Shown here piece by piece: positions 44,498 to 55,610 of a stretch of DNA of 64,000 nt (positions are counted from its first letter, which is position 1; every line of letters starts with the position of its first letter). This DNA is from Williopsis jadinii. Taxonomy: Eukaryota. Under the pieces are notes generated by a model, which was not told where the DNA came from, made no database searches, and worked only from the letters and a program-made list of their open reading frames with translations. The stretch lies in the NCBI GenBank assembly GCA_024346625.1, contig AP024664.1, positions 2,790,001 to 2,854,000 of the forward strand. Direction: 5' to 3'. Made by a program: the position numbers and the translations under genes.

Positions 44498-47400
44498 TCA
44501 AATACTATGACCAGTCTTCAGCATGTACTTGTGGATTGGGTCAGCAGATGTGGAGTAAACCTTCAATTGACGAACCTCATCGTTTGAGATAATCTCTCTC
44601 AATCTCATATCCTCGTCGTACCACGTGTGGATGAGATAGACGAGCTCATTCTTGAAATGTTCGTTCTCAACGTTGGTGTCAATTAGATCCTTCAAAATGT
44701 AATACAATTTGTCGTAACTGATACCACATTCAACAAAGATGTTGACAATAGCACCTTGTTTAACCAATTGTGCACCCTCATCGGATTCATAAACAAGACT
44801 GGTAACGAGCGGGAATAGTTCACCAACAGGGAAAACAAACTCAGAGCTGCTTAGCTTCTTCCCAACTTTTACCAGCGTAGTGCTCAGTAGATTGATATAC
44901 TTCTCAGAGTTATTGCCAGACGTGAGCTCATCAACACCGGGATTCGTGATCAAATCAAAACCTTCCTCCGAGCTACCATAGATTGTTGCTTTAACACTTT
45001 CAAATAACAGAAGCCATCTGGATAAGATCTCCTCAGAATTACGGTAGTCTGAAACTTTGTAAATGTTCAGACATACATCATGATAGAAGAGAACATTTGC
45101 AAAGTCGTTAAACAACTCCGTGACAGTCAAGATCTTGCCGTTCAACTGATCAATCAACTCATCACGCTTGGATTCATTCAAACGCTTATCTTGAGATATA
45201 GCAACTAGCAGATCGTACTGTATATTGGAAGCTTCAAAGACTTCCTCAATCATGGATGACAACTGGATCACTTGTTGACGTTCTGTTGGTAGAGCTGTAC
45301 AGTTACAGAACCCAATAGCTCTGGACAGATATTCGTTTCTTTGGGCTAGGGAGATATTGAAATCACTGATAGCCAATGTGTACGAAGTTACTGCTGCTTG
45401 GTAATGTTGCCCCTTCTTAGATTGGTAAATCCATAACAAATCAGAGATCGCCAACGATACGGATGATTTTTCTTCCAAATAACTGAGTACATATGGTGTA
45501 TCAATCTCCAACAGTCTTTCACTCACATCATGAGCAATGAACCAATCATATAACTCATAATGGAACAACTTATCTTTGACTTTGAGCACTGTATCATAGG
45601 TCAAATCCCTTAGCTTTACCATATCCGTCACAGGACTTGGGCCCTCAACTCTTGGTTGGTCTTCGATTTCTTTAACGTTGGATTCAAGTGCTAGCTTGTC
45701 CACTTTCACAAGTAAATCAAAGACAACTTCGAAAATAGCCCTACGTTTTTCGTAATATTTCTTTCTCTCATCATTAGGCAACTTACCATCAGCAGCGTAC
45801 TGTTGTGCTAAGTTACCTTGATCAATACCGGCAGAGATGTTCAGAGCAAATTTTACTGCACGTGGGAAATCATTCAAGCCAACCATGATGTCGATGGATT
45901 CTTTCAACTTCTCAATGCTCACCTCATTATTGATGGCCTCAAAGAGCTCTATAGCACGAGACAAATGGTAGTTCAAACCATCATAGTCTTTGAAACCAAT
46001 TTCCTTTGCTTTACGTAAATGTTCGATAGCACGGAACCCAACAACGTCGTTTGCAGAGCAAAAAGTACCACAGCGATCTTGTAGTCCTTTAGCAATGTAT
46101 TCAATGGATTCTCCGCGTGACATACTTCTGTTGATGATGGAAGACAATATTTCCTTGATGAGATTCTTGCATTCATCAGTTGGTGCAAATACATCCTTGA
46201 ATTTCAACTTGGACAATGAAACTTGGACATCCAGTGATAAATATTTGAAAATATCCCTAAGTCGATCTCCGTTAACTTCATCAGAGCTTTCCTTGAGCAG
46301 AACGACAAAGAAGGAGAGTGCTTCCTTAATAGATGTGACAAGACGAACAGCAGAGTTGATGGCAATGTTCTCAGCCTGATTTGCAAATTCATCAGCTTTG
46401 TTGAAGTTTCTGTTGTTGAAGCTAGGTGGAATAAAACAAGCGATAGTGTTACCGTAAGTTTGGAAGAACTCGTTCAAAACGGCAGTTGAGCTGTGAAGAA
46501 ATTCAAGGTTTCTTTCGTTCAAGTTAACCATGTGTAAGTATTCATTTTCAAAAATGGACCCCTTCAAGACTGAGCCATCCTTGTTAAACTTGATTTCTGG
46601 GGAAATCTTGAAGACATTTTCATCCCAAATATCACGGAAAAGTCTACCGATCAAAGCAATTATTCCATAAAATCTTGGACTTAGAACAACATTGCTGAAT
46701 TGGAACATTTCTGTTTTGGGATTTAGTACACTAACAACCATGGAGTTGGGTTTCATGTATGATTTGTATTTTGGTGCAAAGTCAACAACATTTGGAATAC
46801 CCAAGGTGAAAAAGCTGAAAGCATTGGATCTTATAGTCTTTGGTAAAGCAAATTTGCAAGTAACATAGAGGGCTGTAGATGCAGCTTCAAGAAGACCATA
46901 TTTGGTAACAAAAGATGCCATCTCCTCTGAAAGGCTTTCAAAAACCAAATCAGGAGTTCTATACTTGTAAATTTGGAGAGAAGTATTTGTAAGAACAGCA
47001 ACTTCAAAGATGCCATTTGTGTACTGGGTAGCAAATTCATTTGCGTATCCACGAGGACGGTTGGTAGCGTTGAATGTTGGGGTGAGGGCCACGATCTGAT
47101 GGACAGTACCTGAACACTCCAAGAATGTTGCATTTTCGACATACTGGTTATGGTACTTTAAGATGCCGTAATCTGGAACAGAAACAAACAACTTCTGCTC
47201 CTTATCTTCCTTCTCCACAACATCAAAAAAGATACCAGGTGAAATGATTTTACTGGACGGCTTAGAAGAAAGCAGAACACTGGATTTCTTCTGATAACTG
47301 AGCATGGTTGGTAATTCTTTTTGTCTTTTGACGCCTATAGAGAAGTCCTTCATGGCCTCTTGTTCTTTGAATTCCCTCTGCTCCGATGCAACATCTGCGA

Positions 47401-48788
47401 GTGATTTTTTAGTAGGTGGGAACTTAACGCTCTCCAATCTTAGAGCAGATACTGCATGCTCTGAACATGAGCCATTGAGGTAAAGACGACACCCTCCAAC
47501 CGTAATTGCAACCAAAAACAAATCATCGTTCTCAGACTTTGTCACGACATTTATGCTCACAATCTTGAGATATTTATCTGCCAGTAATGGCGAAGCTTTT
47601 GCCGAGGATGTTCTTGCATAGGTTGATATATCAGTCGGTTTCACGATACGAGCCTCATGTACTGAACCCGAAGGTGAGATTTTGTAAGCTCGTATGATGG
47701 ATTTATTCGACAGCGTGTAGAGCACACCTCTGGTGTTATCCAATTCCAATTGAACAACAGTTTCAGATGAGTTTTCCGAGGTGAAATATGTGTTTGCAAT
47801 TGAATTGATCAAAGAAGCACCAGGGATGAGACTTGACACCGCAGATCTTGTCACACAACGTTTGTTACATTTTTTGTTAAACCAGTCTTCCGAGTTTGAG
47901 TACAAAAGCTCCCAAACGTGCAAACCGTCACCTTGACCTGTGAAGAATATTTGGCCAGTTTTATCATAGGAGACAAATTGATCAACCGACAGGCAATGTG
48001 TTGGGACAATCATTCCAGTGTTGTACAAATCCAAAGAGTCTTGTGTATAAGCCACAGCCAATACATGTATGTCGAATGGTGTAGCTATGAGTAATAGATG
48101 AGTGATGGCACTTGTGAATGTGTTTGGCTTTGGCTTAACAAGGTGAACTTTCAAGATTGTATGTTTGATGTCTTCAAAGCTTTGAAAATCCGACGTCTTT
48201 GTCAAGTTCCAAAGGATCAATTTATTATCTATAGTGACCCAGGCCCTTGAAATTTCAGGAAATAGACCCATTTTACCAGATGTTTCCACTTTGCTATATT
48301 GGCTAAGGATTTCATCAGGTATATTTATGATATCGGTTCTTTCAAAGGGACAGAAAGGACCCAATCCTTGTATCTCAGAACTATAATTATAGTTCACAGC
48401 AGTTCCGTGGAACGAGCTGTCATCCAAAACTGGAGAGATCTTATCACGTAGCAAAGAGGCGTCGACAAACTTACTGGCAAGTTGCAGCGGTTGTTCAATA
48501 TTCGCATCTTGAACAACTAGATGATCATTCTCATTACCTGTTAGCGGGGGAGCAGTATCCACTGTTGGTACAGTTGATGTCAGAGCTGTTGATGTGGGAT
48601 AGAGTTCTTTGCTCCTGTATGGTGTTGCTGTATTAGCCACTGAATTGTAGTTAGTATTTGCTATTCCATTGCTACAAGCTCATAGACATCTCCTTCACAA
48701 GCAACCATCACGTGTGAACTAGAACGCCAATCAACCAAGATGATTCCAGCAATGTCATGCTTTGAACTGTATTGAATCTGTACATACT
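44498..48788 (-). CDS. NUP170: Inner-ring nucleoporin Nup170/Nup157 (intron 48640-48787 splits the ATG)
   Basis: GLFPEISRAWVTIDNKLILWN, PRGYANEFATQY, LFHYELYDW. The ORF has no ATG at its start; splicing GTATGT(48787)...TACTAAC(48650-48656)...CAG(48640) creates A|TG. Confidence 0.9.
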
Positions 48789-49702
48789 CTTATGAGCTCA
48801 ACAACACTGGCGCGTGCAATGCTGTTTGGTAATCAACCAAGAAAGAAACACAAACTAGTTTGTTGTTTACATTTCACGAGAAAAGGTGAAGGAAAACTGG
48901 GAAAAAAAAAGTTCACCAAGCCCAATTCGGTAAAGCCCGAGGTTCTCAGCGTAGGGTAACACCTCGGAACTATTGTCTACTCAAAGGGGAACCATTCCTG
49001 AGGAAGAAATACTGTCACCTGGGTAACAGACTGTTGTTGCTTTTGTTTGTATGTTTTCATGTTTTCATCTTATTTTGTGTTGTTAAAGAGCTGTCCGTAC
49101 TTGAATATGTGTACTCATTATGAGTTCATTTACGATGCTACTGTGAAAGGTATATGTAATCAGCTTAGCTTAGGGTCGTTGTAGATTGATGGTGATATCC
49201 AATGGATCCAACGAATGAACTTACAGAAAGGAATTTGAGAAGGTTACAATCGTCGCCCAAAAAGGTGCCCTTTTGTAGACTTTTGTAGACTTTTGCGCCA
49301 AATGTGAAACTGCTGTCAGGACACGAAAAGACACAGCAAAATGACGGCAAAATTGATCTATAACAGAAAAATGTCCGATATGGGCAATACAAGCTCGAAA
49401 ATTAAAGCCCTTCCCACAGGGAGAATATTACGAAGAATACAACGGACATTTGACAAGCTCCTTATCTCGCTCGTATTGTCTACCATCGAATCTGGAAGGG
49501 AGCAAATGTCCTCCTCATCATGAGCCAGTGTACACCATCCACTCACCACCCGTCGTTCACGCAGCTGGAGGGCGTGTGTCTTTACCACCTTTCCCGGGCA
49601 CGTATGTAACCACGGAACACATCGCTGAGTTCATCGACATCTACGCTAAAAACACTCGTAAATTGTCGCATCTTGTCCTCCAGTTCATGTTGTTTCTCCC
49701 TA

Positions 49703-49924
49703 ATCCACCAGCGTTTGGCCTTCAAATGTCAAGTCACGGGGACACGACTCGCGAGAATGACTGAGGAGTACACGAGCAAGACATGTACCGGCTACGGTTC
49801 AATAAAACACACACTGTCTCTGGCTGACCGCACCTTCCGCTGTGCCTAGTGCAGCCTGTTTGTCGACCGCGACATCAACAGTGCGCGCAACATCCTCTTC
49901 AAGTGTCTTGTCGCATCTCAATAG
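49703..49924 (+). pseudogene. Fanzor/TnpB nuclease C-terminal fragment
   Basis: IHQRLAFKCQVTGTRLARMTEEYTSKTCTGYGSIKHTLSLADRTFRCA*CSLFVDRDINSARNILFKCLVASQ*: E-x6-C RuvC-II, decayed CxxC...CxxC zinc finger, RuvC-III DRDxNxARNI. In-frame TAG at 49847. Confidence 0.85.
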
Positions 49925-50022
49925 ACACACCCACACACACAAGGAGTGCGCTCATGTTCCTCTAAAGAAATCACTACCCTTTTGCTGTCTCTAAAGAGCA
50001 CAAAATGGCACATTTTCATGAA
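49925..50022 (+). ncRNA. Candidate omega-RNA scaffold (right end, copy 1)
   Basis: Non-coding tract after the nuclease stop, conserved in copy 2; homology ends at ...AAAATGGCACATTTTCATGAA. Position matches TnpB/Fanzor omega-RNAs; expression not shown. Confidence 0.5.
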
Positions 50023-50430
50023 CAATCAACATTTGAGATGAGTGGATATACCTTCCTATTGCAGTAATTTCCCTAATTCATCCATTACCATTAACAAAAT
50101 ACGTACATAGAACAAAAGAAAAAGAAAAAAACGCTCTGTTGAACCCTGTCGAATCGAACAGCCGCTATTTTCGTTACCTCGCTCCCGCTCGGGGAGACGC
50201 ATTCTCGAGAGCGCTTGTGCTGGTTGCAGGCCCAAAAGAAAAATTTATTTACCCCCCTCCCCCTCATAGCGATAATTTCCTCTGTGTTTCCACCTCCAAA
50301 GGGAACAATACCGCTTATAAAATTTACCGAGCTTTTACACTCCAAGGGGAGAAACGAGGAGAACCACTCTACATATTAAGGAACGTAAAAGCACAAAACA
50401 ATATTTATACCTATAGAGAGATTTCACAAG

Positions 50431-51403
50431 ATGGATACTTCTCTGGAGAACAAGCCAGTTATTACAGCATTTGCTTCTCAATTTGATGGTGAGTGATTTG
50501 CTATTCCCCGGTGTACTTTTTTCTCTGTTCTCGTGGGAAGCAGTGTTTATGAGGGTCCTTTGTGTCATGACAGCGGATTAGCCCATGCCACTCTTCCAAA
50601 GGGACGAGGAGGAGTGTTTGACTGAGTGGCGAGTTTGACTAACACGTGGAATAGAAATCGACAAGGCTTTGTTTGACTATCGTTATAGAAGGCAAACCCA
50701 GTTACATCAGAGAGGGGCAGGCATGGGCATGAATGCGAACGCTTATACCTATGAGAACAACATGGGCATGAACAAGTCCAAGAATAAGTTCCCTGGTGGG
50801 CAGCGTCGTAAGAACAACAATAACAACAGTAACGTGGGTGCTGGATCCCACCGTCGTGTGCAAGCGGTTCCACAGCAACCAGTTTCGCCAGCGATGGCAC
50901 AACAGCAGCAGCAACAAGGTTATGCTCTGATGGGCCAGAAGCATGTTGCGAACACTGCTGCTATGCAACAAGGAGGTGCATTTCATCACCAGTACGTTAC
51001 TGCTGGCTCGCCAGACTTGTTCCCGCCAGAGGGAGTTATCACTCCAACGATGAGTAACAACTCCAATAATAATAAATTTGATGCGTTCTCTTTGAACTTA
51101 TCATCCTCGATCTCGTCTGGTTCATCTTCATTCTCATCGTCGAACGGCGAGGTCGATAATATAATTGGTGGGTCTGGCTTTGCAAACACCAACCCTACAT
51201 TTGGATCCATTTGGGATCCTATCGTTTCACAACAGGAGAAACCTTCACAGCATGCCAGATATGTTGGTTTCAACGAAACGACAAATGCTACTAATGCTAC
51301 TAATGTTGTTAATGAACAGAAGTCCTTTGGATCGAGAACCACGGGTGAAAAGACCAATGGTTGGTTGAACATTTGGGGAAATGACATGTCAGTTTGGGGT
51401 TGA
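50431..51403 (+). CDS. YBL081W-like low-complexity protein (intron 50489-50654)
   Basis: Exon 1 MDTSLENKPVITAFASQFD; GTGAGT...GACTAAC...TAG; exon 2 EIDKALFDYRYRR...; C-terminal IWGNDMSVWG. N- and C-terminal motifs and the ALG3/NUP170 neighbourhood fit YBL081W. Confidence 0.7.
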
Positions 51404-52143
51404 AAAACATCGGTATACGCCTTAGAACAAGGTGAGTATCAGATCAACTCAACAAGAAACTGATAAGTGTTATGACTTCCCCAGATGCTTGGATATTTCG
51501 AATGAAGTTTGGGAACTTCTATGCTTTTTCGGTGGTGATTTTACCACCACCTTGGTATGAAATTGGAGGGTTTTTACTGTGTATTTTGGGAAGAGTCCGA
51601 CTGTGTTTAGCACAGTCATTTTTTATATGTTTTGTTGTTGTCTGATATATCTCTCTACGGTTTGAGGCACGTTGGAATGAATTCTTACACACCAATGAGA
51701 AGGTTTGCTCTTCTCATTGTCATGACGATTGAGTGTGTAAATATGGGTGTTGCTGTTTTTTTTCTCTTCATGTCATGTTTATTTGATTTTTCAGTGGTGA
51801 TGATGTGTGCTGATCTTCACTTTGTTTCACTGGAAATGGGGTATTATTCTTTTGTTTGTTTGTTTATTTGTTTTCCGTTCATTGATCTCAATGGTCACTT
51901 GGATATTTGGTATCTTATGTTCGTCTATATGTGCATGCATTGTTATGTTGATCTGTTTTTATATATATGTTGGAAGTGAAGGACAGAGAAAAGGTGGTTG
52001 GTTATATGTGCTTCTCTAATTTGACGGATAACTCATCTCAATTGGAGAAGCCATCGTGTTTATTACATAAAAAAGATTATTTCTTAAAGATTATTACAGG
52101 TTTTATTCGTTTTTTTTATAAGAACACTAGTGACTGGCTCATC

Positions 52144-53223
52144 TCAACGTCTCTTTGGCTTTTGCTTAACCTCTTCGTCCTTTGTTGGGTGCAATCTTAT
52201 AAGATTTGGGTACTGCGGATTGTTGAAGGAGTAACCTTTACTCCAATCATATGACACGGCAACGGCGTAGATGTTACCGTTTCTGTTGAATGCAGATGCA
52301 GTGATAGAACCATTCAGTGCTGGGAATCCCTTCAATCTATGCTTGGCATCTTTGTCCCAAAAGTTGAAGCACCCATCAGAGCCAGCAGTAGCAAAGGTAC
52401 CATAGACTGGATGCGCACATATAGAATTTATGGCAAAAATATGACTCTCCGTTCTTCCACCTTTAGTCTCTTGCTTACGATGACACTTGAAAGTGAAACC
52501 TAACTGCGATTGTTCTGTATCGTCAATGTATTGGAAGGCACATCTCCCCTCAATGGAACCAAGGGCATAACCGTTACCTTGAGGATAGCAAGTAATGGAT
52601 CTAGTTTGCCATTTCAGCGGTGATGTCACTGTCTTTCTAATCTGCTGTGGGTTGTTGAGGTCAATGATACAAACGTGTCTTTCAGCGGTACCGACAACGA
52701 GCAATTTCTGTGAGGAATCCATCGTATAGACCCTTTCTGGGAGTTGTATGGTGGCAATTGGATTAGGGGTTCTCGTATCCCAATATCTCAAAGTCTTGTC
52801 CCACGAACCACTCACAACAACAGGTGTATTTGTAGGACCACATTCAACAAATCTAACAGCCTTCACAGGAGCGTCGTGAGCACCAATCTGCTGTGCCTGA
52901 CCACTTTGAATATCGTAGAGCTTAACCTGCTTATCGCATCCTCCCGATATCACCTTGGTACCATCACTCGTCCATCTTGTGGACAGAACGGGAGCATCGT
53001 GCTCATACATGGCACGTCCTTCAGTGGATCCATTGGCGCTCACCTCATATATACGGACCTTCTTGTCCCATGAAGAGGCGGAAAAGAACTCAGCTTGTGG
53101 TGAAAAGGAGATGTCAGATATCGAATCTTCCGGAGGGTTCTGCACTATAATATCGTTGGACAGATCAGCTTCAGTCGCCACTGTGGTACTCGTGGCAGTT
53201 GTGGACTTGTTGAAGAAGGACAT
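52144..53223 (-). CDS. GLE2: mRNA export WD40 nucleoporin Gle2/Rae1
   Basis: [48 protein letters not shown] 53223. Confidence 0.95.
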   Translation of the reverse strand: MSFFNKSTTATSTTVATEADLSNDIIVQNPPEDSISDISFSPQAEFFSASSWDKKVRIYEVSANGSTEGRAMYEHDAPVLSTRWTSDGTKVISGGCDKQVKLYDIQSGQAQQIGAHDAPVKAVRFVECGPTNTPVVVSGSWDKTLRYWDTRTPNPIATIQLPERVYTMDSSQKLLVVGTAERHVCIIDLNNPQQIRKTVTSPLKWQTRSITCYPQGNGYALGSIEGRCAFQYIDDTEQSQLGFTFKCHRKQETKGGRTESHIFAINSICAHPVYGTFATAGSDGCFNFWDKDAKHRLKGFPALNGSITASAFNRNGNIYAVAVSYDWSKGYSFNNPQYPNLIRLHPTKDEEVKQKPKRR

Positions 53224-53450
53224 GGTTGATCTGCTGCGTTCCCTATTCGTGTCCAAGTGTGATGAGATCGTTCCGTTTTCTCTTTGTTTACTTTCAAAGG
53301 GCAGCAAAAGGTAAGAGAAAAAAAACTTGACGAGCCTGTGTGTGTACCTACCGAATTCTGCCTGCTGGGGTGTGTACACAGTGAACAGTACGCAGATGGA
53401 AGCCGTTGAACGGTCAGGAAGAAGCGCTCTTCAGAGACCTGTGAGGAGAA

Positions 53451-55610
53451 ATGTCACTGTGGAAGGGCATACCCATCGTGGAGTTCGACCCTGAGACCTC
53501 GGGCTCGTCATCCCAGTTTGAAAGGACTCGAAAGCATCACTACAAGAATCTGTCATCGATCAATTGGCCCCATGAATACGCCCGGCGGGAGGAGATCAAG
53601 TCGAGCGTGTCGAACCATTCTCCTAATTGGGGGTCATACTGGAGACTGAGCTCGACCTGGACCGTGATAATCGGTACAGGTGCGATGATTGGTGTTGTAA
53701 CGGCGAATATCGACTACCTCTATAAGTGGCTCACGGACTTGAAAGGTGGTGTGTGTCAGAATGGATTCTATATGACTTACGGTAACTGCTGTAAAGGTAT
53801 AAACGAGGGAGACATTTGTGAGGAATGGCGACAGTGGGACCAGGTCATTGGAATCAGTGGTAGCACCGCAGGCTCGTTTATATACAAGTATTTTCTGTTC
53901 ATCGTGACCTCATTGATACTTGCTACGTGTTCCGCTTTACTCGTGAAAGACGCAGATTTCGTAAAGACAAGTGGTATCTCTGAAGTTAAGACAATCATCA
54001 GTGGTGTTGTAATAAAGGACTTCCTGAGTTTGAAAACCATGATGGTTAAGCTCATTGGGTTGACCCTCACAGTCAGTTCTAACCTGTGGGCAGGGAAAGA
54101 AGGTCCACTGGTTCATATCGCGTGCTGCTGTGCAGAGTTTGTGATGCATTTCTTCCCAGTGTTGGACGACAACGAGGCAACTAGACGTGAGTTGTTGCTG
54201 GCCGCCAGTGCCTCTGGTATATCTGTTGCATTCAATGCCCCAATCAGTGGTGTCATCTTCACTCTGGAACAATTGACGTCGTATTTTTACACTAGTACGA
54301 AGATGTGGACCTCTTTTATATGTGCAATGACGGGGACTATCCTGCTGAATTCATTCAAGGAAGGCATTGACGTCTACGTTACGATGGATAACCAATGGTT
54401 GGGGTTTGAACTCTTTGGGTTCATGATTCTGGGTATATCTGGTGGACTATTCGGTGCCATCTTCAACAAGATGAACATGAAATTTGCACAGTTCAGAAAA
54501 GACCATATAAGTTCGAGGGGAAGTCATTATGAAGTTGTTGAAGTTTTAGTGCTCTCAGTTGTGACTTCACTTGTCACGTATCCCTTGGTGTTTCCCAGAC
54601 TTCCCCTCAACACACTAATCTCAAGGCTTTATAAAGACTGTGATGGTGTCGACGAAAACATCATGGGTGGGCTGTGTTCTGAACATCCTGGTTACAGCAT
54701 TGCATTGTTGATATGTACCGGCATAACTGCATGCATATTGACTTCGTATACTTTTGGTACCATTGTGCCAGCTGGGGTATTGACGCCCGCATTAGCCATA
54801 GGAGCCATCTTTGGACGTCTGTTGGGCATCACCATGGAGAGTTTCCAAACGTCGTCACCTTTTCTCTCAGACCTGTGCAGAGAATCCTCAAACCTGTGTA
54901 TTTCTCCAGGAGCATATGCTGTAGTTGGATCTGCTGCATTCTTAGCAGGTGTAACGAAGATGACGGTATGGGTGGTTGTTACTGTTTTTGAACTGACAGG
55001 TGCACTGACCTATGTTTTACCCATCATGATGACTGTCATCATTGCTCGGTGGACAAACGACCAATTTGACGAGATGAACTGTTATGATACATGGATCAGG
55101 TTTTTCCATTACCCATACCTCATGGAGCCCAATCGTCCTCTACCATTGACGAAAGCCATTGAAATCATAAAGCCTCTTGATGAAGTCAAGGCAATCTACC
55201 TGGACGATGCCATGACATTAGACTTCCTGAATCGGCTGTTGTCACTGGAGTACCAAGGCTTGCCGATTCTTCGAAGCCGTACAAACCCACAACTTTACGG
55301 ATGGGTTTCACTGGCAGAGCTGGCGTGCGAGCTCGAGTCGCTCCAACTCTCGCCAGACTACAACGGTGAAGCCAGGGCTTCCTTCGTTCCAACTCATGAC
55401 GACGGCATCTGTCTACTAACGCATCTAGTGGAAAAGGACTATATAATCTTAAACCCACAACTGCCGCTACCTTCGCTGGTTGACGTCTTCTTCAACATGA
55501 AACCGCAGTTCGCGCTCTTCTGCCAGGACGGACTGTTTGTCGGTATCTTGACGCTCAAGGACATTTCAAGGGTGGTCCAAGGTGCAAAGGTCAAGCGCGT
55601 GATGCTATAG
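53451..55610 (+). CDS. CLC-family chloride transporter/channel (Gef1-related) with C-terminal CBS domains
   Basis: SGISEVK, GKEGPLVH, AFNAPISGVIFTLEQ, PAGVLTP, FELTGAL. Confidence 0.9.
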   Translation: MSLWKGIPIVEFDPETSGSSSQFERTRKHHYKNLSSINWPHEYARREEIKSSVSNHSPNWGSYWRLSSTWTVIIGTGAMIGVVTANIDYLYKWLTDLKGGVCQNGFYMTYGNCCKGINEGDICEEWRQWDQVIGISGSTAGSFIYKYFLFIVTSLILATCSALLVKDADFVKTSGISEVKTIISGVVIKDFLSLKTMMVKLIGLTLTVSSNLWAGKEGPLVHIACCCAEFVMHFFPVLDDNEATRRELLLAASASGISVAFNAPISGVIFTLEQLTSYFYTSTKMWTSFICAMTGTILLNSFKEGIDVYVTMDNQWLGFELFGFMILGISGGLFGAIFNKMNMKFAQFRKDHISSRGSHYEVVEVLVLSVVTSLVTYPLVFPRLPLNTLISRLYKDCDGVDENIMGGLCSEHPGYSIALLICTGITACILTSYTFGTIVPAGVLTPALAIGAIFGRLLGITMESFQTSSPFLSDLCRESSNLCISPGAYAVVGSAAFLAGVTKMTVWVVVTVFELTGALTYVLPIMMTVIIARWTNDQFDEMNCYDTWIRFFHYPYLMEPNRPLPLTKAIEIIKPLDEVKAIYLDDAMTLDFLNRLLSLEYQGLPILRSRTNPQLYGWVSLAELACELESLQLSPDYNGEARASFVPTHDDGICLLTHLVEKDYIILNPQLPLPSLVDVFFNMKPQFALFCQDGLFVGILTLKDISRVVQGAKVKRVML

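Larger units (their letters stand above)
49238..50022 (+). mobile_element. Degenerate, internally deleted Fanzor/TnpB transposon relic, copy 1
   Basis: Both ends are homologous to 58163-59055 (inverted). Contains a RuvC/Zn-finger C-terminal remnant, subterminal hairpins and a left-end direct repeat (CTTTTGTAGA x2.6). Left boundary approximate. Confidence 0.8.

Noticed and set aside
49450..49764. 104-aa ORF as a functional gene
   Set aside because: Chimeric frame across the element's internal deletion; part of the decayed transposon.
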